This document shows positions 10,876-21,017 of a DNA stretch of 64,000 nucleotides, one piece after another. The notes under the pieces are model-generated. The model was not told where the DNA came from, did no database searches, and worked only from the letters and a program-made list of their open reading frames with translations. The stretch spans positions 186,001-250,000 of the forward strand of contig JAPMXV010000045.1 in assembly GCA_026936335.1 (NCBI GenBank), read 5' to 3'. Each line of letters begins with the position of its first letter. Positions within the stretch are counted from its first letter, which is position 1. Made by a program: the position numbers and the translations under genes. The stretch comes from Mantamonas sphyraenae STR306 (Eukaryota > Protista > CRuMs).

Positions 10876-13302
10876 TCATACCCGCATCCACCCCTCGTCC
10901 GTCTCCCTCTCCCCCGCAGGCACACACTCGCGTGACTCTTCCGCTAGAAACGCATCCCGAGCCACTTGCAACGCGTACAGCGCTTCCGTCTCTTCCCAGC
11001 GCTTCAGCCATCGCTGAAAAGAATAGTTGTTCTCGATCCTCGTTTCGTTCGGCACCCATGCGTTCTGCTGCCATCCTTCCCACAACCACCCAAAGATGCG
11101 CCACATCACCTCCTCCGGAAGCATTGACTCCCAACTTCCGCGTTCAAACGCGTTGATCATCAGCACTTGCTTCACTTCTTGTTGGAAGGCCTCCGTCGTC
11201 CACCGCGCGTGCCTCTCCTTTGACCACGCCATCGGACCCCACATCGTCTTCTTGGACCTCCTCCATGGTCGCTGCAGCTCACGCATCTCCACCCACGGCA
11301 TCGACGCAGACAGCGCTGCCAACCTGCGCCCGTAGCCGCATTTCATCTGGACAAGCTCGTTGCTCGCATGCCGGAACCGCATGCCTGTACTCGAATCCGA
11401 CCACGAAAACATGTGCAGGTTGCTGTTGCACCTGCTCACTGCGTCCAGCACCCCCTCCATGTTGGCTGCTCGCACAGACGCCGGCGTCTGCATGCTGATC
11501 CCAGACAACTGTCCCTTGGCAATCAGACGCGTTGCGGCATCCATCAACGGCTGCGCTTTGTGTGCTTCATCCATGTTCACCTTCAGCGAAAGCCATCCTT
11601 GCGGCCGTGTGCGCGCGCGGAACTCCAACAGACGCACGTGGCCCTCGATGCTCATCTCCTTTGTCCTCCACCCAGCCCCAATGGTCACATCGCGCAATTG
11701 GGTGTTGCTCTCCATCGCCTCCATGATCCCGTCCACGTGTTCGTCGCACACACTCATCTGCGAGACGTCCAGATCCTGCAACGTCTTGGACTTTCCAGCC
11801 GCCTTGAAGACTGCGTGCAGGCTCTCCTCCGACAACACGTTCTTCCTCAGACCCAAGTGTTTCAACCGTGGATGCTCACAAATCATCCTGCACATCTCCG
11901 TCACGTCATCCTCGCTTTGGCCGAATTCAGAATTGTCAAGCAGCAGCGATTCAATGCTGGTGTTTGCACGCATCCCTTCAAAGAAGGCCACCCAGCTGGT
12001 CAGTCCGTAGCTGTAGTAGAGGTTCAAGTCGGTGACGCCTGTGTTCACTGCCACTGTCTCTGCCAGCACCTGCAGAATCAGGTCGCACTCGCCGATTGCG
12101 TGTTCCCCAAAATGCACGGTCTTCACAGACGTGTTTTCCTTCAGCGCACGCAACAGGCGCATCACAAGCGACGGTTCCATCGTTTCGTCCAGCTCTAGCT
12201 TGCTCAACTCGTTGTTGGCAACCTTCGCCAACAGCGCATCTTCCTCCAGCTCTTCCTCATCGTCTGCATCTCGGCCACCTCCTCCGCTGTCCTCCTCAAT
12301 ATCTTCCAGCGTGGGAAACAGGCTGCTCAGCTCCGGAAACGATGTCAGCTCATCAGGCGTTTGAAAAACCCGCCGTTCAGGGCAACTGCGCAGTGAGACG
12401 GAGACGCGCTCGCACTCCCGCAATTCACTCAAACGGTCCAAATCCTGGGCTGTGGGCAATACCAAGTCCAGTGACTTGAGTTTCTCCGCGTCCTCGATTG
12501 CCCCCTGCAGCTTGCGCAGCTTCGGAACCGAACTGAGCGGCACAGAGACTGACAGGTTCTCGGCAGAATCCAGCAGCATTCCCCACTCCGATTGCGAGAG
12601 TTGTTGCCCCACATGGCGCACACCCAAATGCGTAATCTGCTCTGGAAGCAGCTCCTGCATGGCCTCAATGCCGACGCAGTGCTCCATGTCCGCAAACTCG
12701 GCGACAAACGCCAACACACGCAAATTCGGTGCCACCTTGCCAACCGTGTGCAGAAGCAAGCTTGTGTCTTCGTCGTCTGTCAACACACGCAAATGAGTCA
12801 ACGCTTCCATCTGTTGACGTTCGAAAAACTCCACCCAGTCATCCTCCAGCGATCTTGCCACAAGCGAAAGCCGCTCCAGCCCACTGAGTTTCCCATCCAA
12901 CCACTGCAGGTCGCTCACATACAGCACAGGCAGCTTGTACGACAGTGCGACTGCATGTTCACGTGCAAGCCAGTCAACCACACCCAGTCGCAGAAGCGAA
13001 TCGTAGGCGCCCTGGCCGCTCACGCTGAGCGACGTCACCGACTCGTTTTCTCGCAGCGCCTCCAACAGCTTGTGCTGATCCATGTGCTCGGTCGTTCCAT
13101 CAATGGCCAGGTGCAACAGCGAGTTGTCCTGCAGACCCTTCATGAGCTCCTCGTACGAGAGCACGGGATCCACAACCAGATGTTTGTCCTCCTCCGTGTC
13201 CACGTGTCGTGTGCTGCTTTGTGACGACACCACGTGCCATTGTGTTCGCTTGCGACCCACTCTGCGTCCAATGCCACTTCCTGCCCTGCTTGAAAACTGC
13301 AT
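10876..13302 (-). CDS. RNI-like leucine-rich repeat protein with a C-terminal F-box-like motif
   Basis: Intronless ORF with RNI-type LRRs (ALKENTSVKTVHF, ANTSIESLLLDNS, LKHLGLRKN, TLQDLDVSQ). C-terminal WSKERHARW...MLPEEVMWRIFGWL. Start taken as first ATG. Confidence 0.8.
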   Translation of the reverse strand: MQFSSRAGSGIGRRVGRKRTQWHVVSSQSSTRHVDTEEDKHLVVDPVLSYEELMKGLQDNSLLHLAIDGTTEHMDQHKLLEALRENESVTSLSVSGQGAYDSLLRLGVVDWLAREHAVALSYKLPVLYVSDLQWLDGKLSGLERLSLVARSLEDDWVEFFERQQMEALTHLRVLTDDEDTSLLLHTVGKVAPNLRVLAFVAEFADMEHCVGIEAMQELLPEQITHLGVRHVGQQLSQSEWGMLLDSAENLSVSVPLSSVPKLRKLQGAIEDAEKLKSLDLVLPTAQDLDRLSELRECERVSVSLRSCPERRVFQTPDELTSFPELSSLFPTLEDIEEDSGGGGRDADDEEELEEDALLAKVANNELSKLELDETMEPSLVMRLLRALKENTSVKTVHFGEHAIGECDLILQVLAETVAVNTGVTDLNLYYSYGLTSWVAFFEGMRANTSIESLLLDNSEFGQSEDDVTEMCRMICEHPRLKHLGLRKNVLSEESLHAVFKAAGKSKTLQDLDVSQMSVCDEHVDGIMEAMESNTQLRDVTIGAGWRTKEMSIEGHVRLLEFRARTRPQGWLSLKVNMDEAHKAQPLMDAATRLIAKGQLSGISMQTPASVRAANMEGVLDAVSRCNSNLHMFSWSDSSTGMRFRHASNELVQMKCGYGRRLAALSASMPWVEMRELQRPWRRSKKTMWGPMAWSKERHARWTTEAFQQEVKQVLMINAFERGSWESMLPEEVMWRIFGWLWEGWQQNAWVPNETRIENNYSFQRWLKRWEETEALYALQVARDAFLAEESRECVPAGERETDEGWMRV

Positions 13303-13369
13303 GAAGGAAGCTCGTTGGCCGGGGCGTCGCTCGTCACGCACACCGCACCACACCAACACCCCAAATCAA

Positions 13370-14320
13370 ATGTTTGGCGTGTATCGTGGCATGAGACAAC
13401 CCACACCTTTTCATATCGCTGTGGAGAATCGCAACTGGCCCATGCTGGAAATGCTCCTGGCCGAACGAGCTGGCGACTGCGATCAAGTCACCGCGATGTG
13501 CGAGTTTTGCGACAACCGCAGCAACAGCTGCACCTGCACAGCATTTCAAGTCGCCTGCAGGCAAGGAGACGATGATAGTTTGCGTATGGCCAAGCTCCTA
13601 CTTAAATCGGGTGCCCAGATCGTCGACACCGACCGGGAAAAGTCTGCTCTGGTCGACGTCCTTGCCACCGATGACAGTGAGCTCATGGACATGGTGCTCG
13701 AGCTGGTCCCTCGCAAAGATCTCCTGAAAGAGGCACGCACCGAGTTGGACGCCATTGTGCGCACAGGCAATGTGGACACGGCACGGCGTCTCGCAGAATT
13801 CTTTGGGGGTCTTGCCTCCCTCGTGCGCACGGGCGACCACGAAAAGGTGTGGGAATCCGCCTGCAAGAGCATGGATGAACACATGACATGCTGGGTGCTG
13901 TGTGAGCTCACCAACGCCCGGGACCCGTGGCGTGCAGCTGCTGCTTCCACCTCGTTCACCTGTCCCAAAAGCATCCACGACAGGATGATGTGGACTCAGA
14001 TGGCTTCCCTTCAGGTATGGGGCGTCTACGACTGGACTCGCAGCACACACGCCCGCTACCTGCGCCCGCGCAAGCGTCTGCGCGAACTTGGTTTCCCCGC
14101 ACCCGTTGACGTCAAGCACGACCTGCACGACTTTCCCCTCTTTGTCAAACAGCAGATCCACCAACTTCTGTGTATATTCTCCTTTGGTGAAGTCGACGAC
14201 AACCACCAGGGCCAACTGAGCATCGTCGACATGCCCGAAGAAATCATCCTGCGCATCGCAGGCCACGTGGCCTCCCAGGCCTTTGATGCCTTGCCCGCTG
14301 AGCTGAGCTTTGATCTTTGA
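13370..14320 (+). CDS. Ankyrin-repeat protein with a C-terminal F-box-like motif (316 aa)
   Basis: Ankyrin motifs TPFHIAVENRNWPMLEMLL and TAFQVACRQG...MAKLLLKSGA. C-terminal WTRSTHARY...FPLFVKQQIHQLL...DMPEEIILRIAGHV. Confidence 0.8.
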   Translation: MFGVYRGMRQPTPFHIAVENRNWPMLEMLLAERAGDCDQVTAMCEFCDNRSNSCTCTAFQVACRQGDDDSLRMAKLLLKSGAQIVDTDREKSALVDVLATDDSELMDMVLELVPRKDLLKEARTELDAIVRTGNVDTARRLAEFFGGLASLVRTGDHEKVWESACKSMDEHMTCWVLCELTNARDPWRAAAASTSFTCPKSIHDRMMWTQMASLQVWGVYDWTRSTHARYLRPRKRLRELGFPAPVDVKHDLHDFPLFVKQQIHQLLCIFSFGEVDDNHQGQLSIVDMPEEIILRIAGHVASQAFDALPAELSFDL

Positions 14321-14339
14321 TTGTTGAGACTGTGTGCCA

Positions 14340-15484
14340 CTACTCGTCCTCTTCCACGACGTCGATCTTTGCGTCTGCCAACACCGTCTCCTCCTGCCGC
14401 CTGCCGATGGCCGACTTTGAAAGAAGACCCAGATTCTCACGCAGCAGCATATCTTTGGTCTCCAGACCCATTTCGAGACTGGCCTCGTACACATCGCTGA
14501 TAGTCTCGGGGTACACAGCAATAAACTGGCGTGCCAGAACGCGGATGCTTGCAACCACACGTGCAACAACCACTCGATCCTCCAACGACACGGACGTCGA
14601 TCCCGCAGATGCCATGTCCACAGGCGACACAAAAATCATGCCATTGTTGCCCAGCACCACGTCTGCACCGCATGGCAGCGTCACAAAATGGCTCTTGATG
14701 CGTTTGATGAGCGACGGCGGCACCTGCACATACTGGCCGTTTGTCAGCTTCCCGTACCTGTCGCGAATGTTCAGGTTAATCTTTCCCTCTGTGTACACGC
14801 TGTGCACCTCTGCACTGATCAGGTCGTTCTCTGCAAAGATGGACCGCATCTGCAATTCGTCGGAGTACGTCTTGCGTCGCTGTGGTATGTTGCAAACACC
14901 GAGTTAATCCCTCATGGCTTTCAACCGCCCCTCTCCCACGCATTGGCCGCCACCTACCAGCACTCCGTTGGGCAAGGCGACGCTGTTGAGTTGCAACGAC
15001 GCAAGCTGCCGGCTGTGCACCTCCACACGCCAGTTGCGCTGGCCCACCTCCACAACACGGCCCACCACCACGTCGCCCACCTCGCCTTGGTACCGCGCCT
15101 TGAGCGGACGCACAGAAACAAGCTTGTCCACACGCTCCACCGTGCCTGACACGCTCGCCACCAGCTGCTCCTTCTGCACAAACGTCCCGTGACCACTGTT
15201 GTCGGTGGATCCGGCATGCGTGTCAGCACAAACACACCGTCCACTTTGTGTCCACACACACACACACACACAAGCCATTGCACAACCCACCGCATCACTC
15301 CCACGTCGTCCGTGATAATCTGTCCCGGCAGCACATGCTGCATCTTGCCCGACCCCAGTCCGGCAATCGCTAGCAAATCCATGCCGTCGCCATCCTGCGT
15401 CTCTTCCACTTCCTCCTGCCCGTAGTGCACCTCTTCCGTGTCCATGGACAACGATGCCAAGTCGGACGCCAGCCTGATGCTCAT
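14340..15484 (-). CDS. RRP4: Exosome complex component RRP4/EXOSC2
   Basis: Exons 15484-15291, 15195-14958, 14879-14340 splice in frame. Motifs VLPGQII, MRGHGT, VRPLKARYQGEVGDVVVGRV, RRKTYSDELQMR, YGKLTNG, VVLGNNGMIFV. Confidence 0.95.
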
Positions 15485-15526
15485 GGTTGTGGGTGGGGTT
15501 CTTGGTCCCGCCGGCGCCAACCAATT

Positions 15527-15527
<1 letters not shown>

Positions 15528-15557
<30 letters not shown>
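15528..15557. repeat. (CA)n microsatellite immediately before the GCP3 ATG
   Basis: About 15 perfect CA units inside the 72-bp RRP4/GCP3 divergent gap. Confidence 0.95.
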
Positions 15558-15559
<2 letters not shown>

Positions 15560-18439
15560 GCCTCCCGGGTGACCAATGCCTCGTCTGCCTCGTCAACCTC
15601 TGGTTCGACGAGCACAGATCCCGTGGTGACCCTGCTGGACAAGTTGATTGCCAAGTACTTGGGCGACGCGCCCGCCAGCAAGCAAGCACAGGTGCAATCC
15701 TTCTGTATGCGCCTGCTTGGTTCTCGGCTCATGCCCTCCGTTGACGCAGACGAGTTTTCTCTGGGCGAGAGCATCAAGAAGAAGCGTAAGGCCGACTCGC
15801 GCCGCTTTGGCGCCAAAACACACCAAGAAAATCCCGACCACCTAACCCCCCCCCGTCCCCTTCCTCACCGGCACACGCACACAGTCGCTCGCACAAACGA
15901 CACCTCGGCCGCCCTCGAGTTTGCAGAAAAGGCCACTTTGCTGTCGCAAAAGTCTGTGCTGCAGAACAAGTGGGCGGTGTTGTACCTGCTCGACTCCTTG
16001 TCGCACAGCAGCAGCAAGCAGATCAGCGGCTCCAGCTCCGGGTCCCAGGTAAGACGAGTGTACAGGATAGCTCACGGCACACGCCCGAAGCATACCGTAT
16101 CCAAAGCCACGGGATGTGTGCTGACACAGCCCCACAACAGGCTCTGGCCGAGGCGTTTTCCAGCTCCGCCGGGTTGGCGCGCTTGCCTCTCGCGGGCAAC
16201 AGCAGCAGCCACAACACGACACGTGGCAGCACAGCAACAGGGGCCAGCAACGAGTCCAGCAGGCAAGTGGTGGGAGGCACTTCGCTGCTGGTGAGCACGC
16301 CGTCGACCAAGGGGGGCGACGTGAGTACGGGCAAGCTGGTTCAGTTTGGCACCGGTAGCATTCCAGAGACTCGTTTGTTGAGGGACTGCATTTTTGCACT
16401 GCAGGGCATCGACGGCGCTTACATTCGTTTCGACACGGAAAACGACTCGTACGAGATCAACACCGAGAGCAAGGTGCCCGGTCCCACGCGCGAACTCGTG
16501 CGCCGCATCACCGAGCTCGGATGGGTGTACCGCCGCCTCAGCGCCTACGTCGAGCTTCAAAACGCACAGCGCAACACAGGTCTGGTCGCCCAGAGTTTCG
16601 TTGCCGCCGTGCAGAGCGAGCTGGTCGAGTATTACCGGCTGATTGCCTTGCTCGAGGCGCAACTCAACCAGGATGCCCTGGACGCCTCGGAGCTCGACGC
16701 AGGCCAAACACAGACGCAGGCGCAGCAGTTGAGTCTGCGTCGCCTCAGCATCTGGCTGGAGGAACCGTCCAAACGGCTGCAGCTGTTGGCGGTGCTCACA
16801 GAGGCGCTTGTGGGAAAGCGCGGCGGGGAGCTGATCAACGAAGCCAGCAAGTATGCGCGACACGGCGACCCTTTTGTGCGCGAGTTTGTCACCGATATCA
16901 TTCGTCAGGTGAGCGCGCCTGTGTTTGGCATGATCCAAAACTGGGTCAACGAGGGCGAGCTCAAAGACCCGTTCCAGGAGTTTTTCGTCGCCACAGTACC
17001 CAACGTGCCCGATGACTCGCTGTGGCACCAACGTTACACCCTTCGCACAAGCATGATCCCTGTCTTTCTGCACAACGACCTGTGCAACAAAATCCTGCAG
17101 ATCGGCAAGTCGATCAACTTTATGCGCCAGTGCGCAGGCGACCAGCAATGGGTTGCCGATGAGTCGACATCATCATCATCCTCTTCATCATCCTCTTCAT
17201 CATCCTCTTCTTCGGGGGGTGGTGGCGTGCAACAACAGGCCATGAGCATTGACACGCTGGACGAGTTGCAATCTGCCATCGATGCAGCTGCCAAAACCAC
17301 CAACGCACATCTGCTGAAGCTGATGTTTGACAAGTACAAGCTACTGGACCACTGTCGAGCCATCAAAAAGTATCTGCTGCTGGGCCAGGGCGATTTCGTG
17401 CAATATCTGATGGATCTGCTGGGCAACGACCTCAGCAAGCCGGCCAAGCAGATCTTCCGACACAACCTGACGGGCATCCTGGAGACGGCAGTGCGCGCCA
17501 GCAACGCCCAGTACGACGACCACGACGTGCTGGAGCGCCTGGACGTGCGGCTGCTGGACACGTCGCCTGGCGACAGCGGCTGGGACGTGTTTGTGCTGCA
17601 GTACCATGTGGATGCACCCATCTCCACCGTGTTCACCTCTTCGGTCATGCACCAGCTCACCAAGATCCACAACTTTTTGTGGCGCCTCAAGCGCGTGGAG
17701 TACACATTGTCGTCCACATGGCGACGGCAGATGACCGCAGCCCACGCATACGGCGGCCTGCCAGACATTCGTCGTGAGCTGCACAAGTGCCATATCCTGC
17801 AGTCGGAGATGCACCATTTTGTGAACAACCTACAGCACTACGTCATGTTTGAGGTGCTCGAGTCGTCCTGGGAACACTTGCAGGAAGACATGGACGGAGC
17901 TGGTGACCTGGACCAGGTCGTGGGTGCACACACTCGCTATCTGACCACCGTCCTGGACAAGGCCTTCCTTTCGCAGAACAACGCCCCACTGCAGCGGCAG
18001 TTGAACCGCATGTTTGACATCATCATCCGCTTCCGCGCCATCCAGGAAAAGATCTACGAAGACGCAGACGCAGAGGTGACGCGACGCAAGATGATGAACA
18101 AAGAGTTGTACGAGCGCGAGATGGCAGGCAAGTGGGCGCCTGACCACAGCGTCCTCCTCGTCCGACGTCGACCAGATGAACGACCGAGCCCTCAGTGCGC
18201 AGGCCAAACAGGTGCTTGCCAGCATTGCCAAGGAGTACCGCAAGCAGTTTGCAGCCCTCCTGGAAATGCTCGAGGACGCCTCGGGCGAGCTGCAGTTCCT
18301 CGCCTTCCGTTTGGATTTCAACCGCCACTACCTGGTGCACAAGAGTGCCGGGAAGGGCAGCACAAAAGGAAATGGTGGCAAACAAGACGAGGATGCCATG
18401 GCACAAGGAAGAGGCATTGCAAATGAAGGGCTGATGTGA
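15557..18439 (+). CDS. TUBGCP3: Gamma-tubulin complex component 3 (GCP3/Spc98); apparent +1 frameshift near 18137
   Basis: Exons 15557-15785, 15885-16048, 16141 onward. Motifs GELKDPFQEFFV, IGKSINFMR, YLLLGQGDF, RLDVRLL..SPGDSGWDVF, NFLWRLKRVEY. The conserved C-terminal LQFLAFRLDFNRHY lies in the +1 frame and ends at 18439. Confidence 0.93.
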
Positions 18440-18458
18440 GCTTGGAAAAGACACCGCT

Positions 18459-19860
18459 TCAGTGTTTGCTGTGCCAACGCGCCTCGCCACCCACGTCCAC
18501 ACGCCGGCAGAATTTCATCAGCATGGCAGCCATCTCCTGGCCCGGATTGAGGACGGGACGGACGTAGGGCTGCAGTTCGTCCAGGGCCCATTCGTGCTTG
18601 AGGGCAAACAGGGCGTTGAAGCGAGCGCGGGCATCTGCAGGCAGACGCTGCTCGGGGAAATAGACAAGAAAATGGCCGGCGGGCGATTGGACATCGACCG
18701 CCAGGCCGACAAGCATGGAGGTTTCGGGCACGATCTCGTCGGGCAGCATGGTGAGCCACTCGGCAATAAAGGTGTCGTGGAGCCAACGCTCCTTCTGCAC
18801 AAACAGACGCTGGGCGTACTCACGACACACACGCGTGGTGTCCAACGCATAAGTAGTGGCCAGAGCCAAGGGATCAAACGCGCTGACGTCGTCGATCCAC
18901 TGCCGGGTGGCCTCTGCGGCGGGACCAGGCTCCACGCCTTCCACCAGGCCAAAGGGCTCCGCATGCACGGGCTGACTGTAGTACGCCAGCGTGTGAACGA
19001 CGGCGATGGTGTCGAAAAACTCGTTGGCCAGAGTGTCTGCACACTGGTCGGCAGGAATGGCGTCCAGGGGCCAGTCGCACTCGACCAAGGCCTGCAACAG
19101 GTCGTCCAGGATGGCAGCCCTGTGTTGCGCCTGGACGACGAACCAGGTGTGTCGTTGCGGATGCACAAAGGCCCTCTCGCGCCACAGCTCCTGCAGCAGC
19201 TCCACATCGGAGCACTGGATCAAACTTTGCAGCTGCGCGGTGCTCAGGCCCTCGTGCGCCTCCAATTGCATGGCATCTTCCTCCAGCGTGTCTGCAGACG
19301 CACGGACACTGCTCAAAGGCGATGCATAGGCACACCGCGTACGCAGTGCCTGGTGGAGCTGGTGCAGGCGCGGAGCCACACGGTGCACTTGCAGCGTTTC
19401 TGCAAAGCGCGAGCGAATGGCAAGCACAGGTTTGCTCACATCCTGAGCCTGCTCCTGTGTGCTGGGTTCTGAACCGTCTGTTGTGTCTTCCTGCTCCATG
19501 GCGTCTGTGTTGCCCGCTGCCGCCTCGGCTGCCGCTGTGTCGCTGGCCAGCGCCTCGGCGTCGCTGGCACTGATCAGGGCTTCGCTCTCCTCTGCGTCTG
19601 CGTCGCTCAGCAACAGCAGCGAGTTTGATGTTTCGGCAATACGGATGCTGTATGTGTGTTTGGTGGTGCACAGCACCGCCTCGTCGTCCTGGCGTCCCTT
19701 GATGCTCACACTGCCCACCTGTCGCAGCTCCGCCAGCAGATCGCTGTTCAGCTCCAGCAATTTCGACCCTGCCGCCGCCGAAAAGCTCTTGGCAAAGTAC
19801 ACACGGTGATCCAGCTGGCCCTCTGGGGACAGTGGCCGACGAAGAGCTGGATGAGGACAT
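18459..19860 (-). CDS. DSCC1: Sister chromatid cohesion protein DCC1; apparent +1 frameshift near 19827
   Basis: KLLEL..DLL, IKGRQDDEAVLCTTKHTYSIRIAETSNSLLL and C-terminal LPADARARFNALFALKHEWALDELQPYV. No in-frame ATG precedes the conserved domain; ATG 19860 joins it if one C of the CCCC run is skipped. Confidence 0.88.
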
Positions 19861-19939
19861 GCGGGAACAACGCTCCACGGGATTGTGTGGTCGCGTTTGC
19901 GCTGCGAGCAACAACCCGTTTCCCATCCCCGGTCGTTCG

Positions 19940-20878
19940 ATGTCGAAGCGTGCGTTTGAGTTTTCTCTGGGAAGCTCTCTGACTGTAAACGACAAACACA
20001 AGGTTCTGGATGGCGTGTCACAGGTCACTCTGGCCGCATGGGTTTGCAAAAGCGAGAAAATCGGCGGTGACACGCGTGTGTTTTGCAAGAGCCAAGCTGG
20101 GTCCGACACCAACGGCTATGGAATGGACACGTACCAACACCGGCTACGTTACTTGGGAAGCACGTTCAACTGCTCCAGCACGCAGGAGAAGCTGCCTGTG
20201 GACGAGTGGGTGCACCTGTGCGTGACGATTGGTCACGAGCAGCTGAACACAGAGGAGGCAAAGGAGGACGAGGTGGTGGACAGCGACAACCTCACGTTTC
20301 GCATGTTTCTCAATGGCCAACTGGACCGTGAGCTGACGCGGAAGGGACCTCTGGATGCCGGGCAGCTGCCGCTGACGATTGGATTCGCACCGGTGGGCAG
20401 CCCGATGAGCGGAGAGTTTGTGGGCTGGATGACGGAACTGCTGGTGATGGATCGTGCGCTGAGTGTGGATGAGGTTGCGTCGCTGCCCAGCCGAACGATG
20501 AACGGTTCAGAGGACCATCTGCTGCTGTTGTTGTCGGCACGTCCCAGATTCGACGGCAAGGAGGATTGGCAAAACTGGGCGAGTGCAGAGTGCAGCAGTG
20601 GCATCGAAGTGGGATTGCGCTCCTCGAACGGAAGTCCACCGGTGGCACAGCTGGCCAGGGCCGTCAACGGTGTCGAGCTGCTGCCCAGCCAGATCGATTG
20701 GAGCGTCGACACACACCAATTCTTCACGCCCGAGTTTCGCAGTGCCGTCGAGTATATTTTCGTGCGCCACGCATGCACCTACGCTTCCGATGTGCAGGAG
20801 GATATTGCACCCATCGAAAACGTCCCCGCCGAGGTGCTTTTCCACATCTTTCGCCAACTCAGCACCATGTGGGGTTGA
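19940..20878 (+). CDS. Laminin-G/concanavalin-A-like domain protein with a C-terminal F-box-like motif (312 aa)
   Basis: LamG_3-type motifs VTLAAWV, LPVDEWVHLCVT, MFLNGQLD, LTIG, FVGWMTELLVMDRALSVDEV. No signal peptide. C-terminal WSVDTHQFFTPEFRSAV...NVPAEVLFHIFRQL. Confidence 0.8.
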   Translation: MSKRAFEFSLGSSLTVNDKHKVLDGVSQVTLAAWVCKSEKIGGDTRVFCKSQAGSDTNGYGMDTYQHRLRYLGSTFNCSSTQEKLPVDEWVHLCVTIGHEQLNTEEAKEDEVVDSDNLTFRMFLNGQLDRELTRKGPLDAGQLPLTIGFAPVGSPMSGEFVGWMTELLVMDRALSVDEVASLPSRTMNGSEDHLLLLLSARPRFDGKEDWQNWASAECSSGIEVGLRSSNGSPPVAQLARAVNGVELLPSQIDWSVDTHQFFTPEFRSAVEYIFVRHACTYASDVQEDIAPIENVPAEVLFHIFRQLSTMWG

Positions 20879-20900
20879 GAATGGCTCCGCCGTGGTTGCT

Positions 20901-20946
20901 GTGTGTGAGTGTGAGTGTGAGTGTGAGTGTGAGTGAGTGTGTGTGA
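20901..20946. repeat. (GTGTGA)n/(GT)n simple repeat
   Basis: Directly visible between the LamG stop and the acyltransferase start. Confidence 0.9.
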
Positions 20947-21017
20947 TGCTGGGAGAGGGAAATCAATGCGCGCTGGCACCTACAGAACAAACGACGTCTG
21001 CCGCTGACGCCACAACA

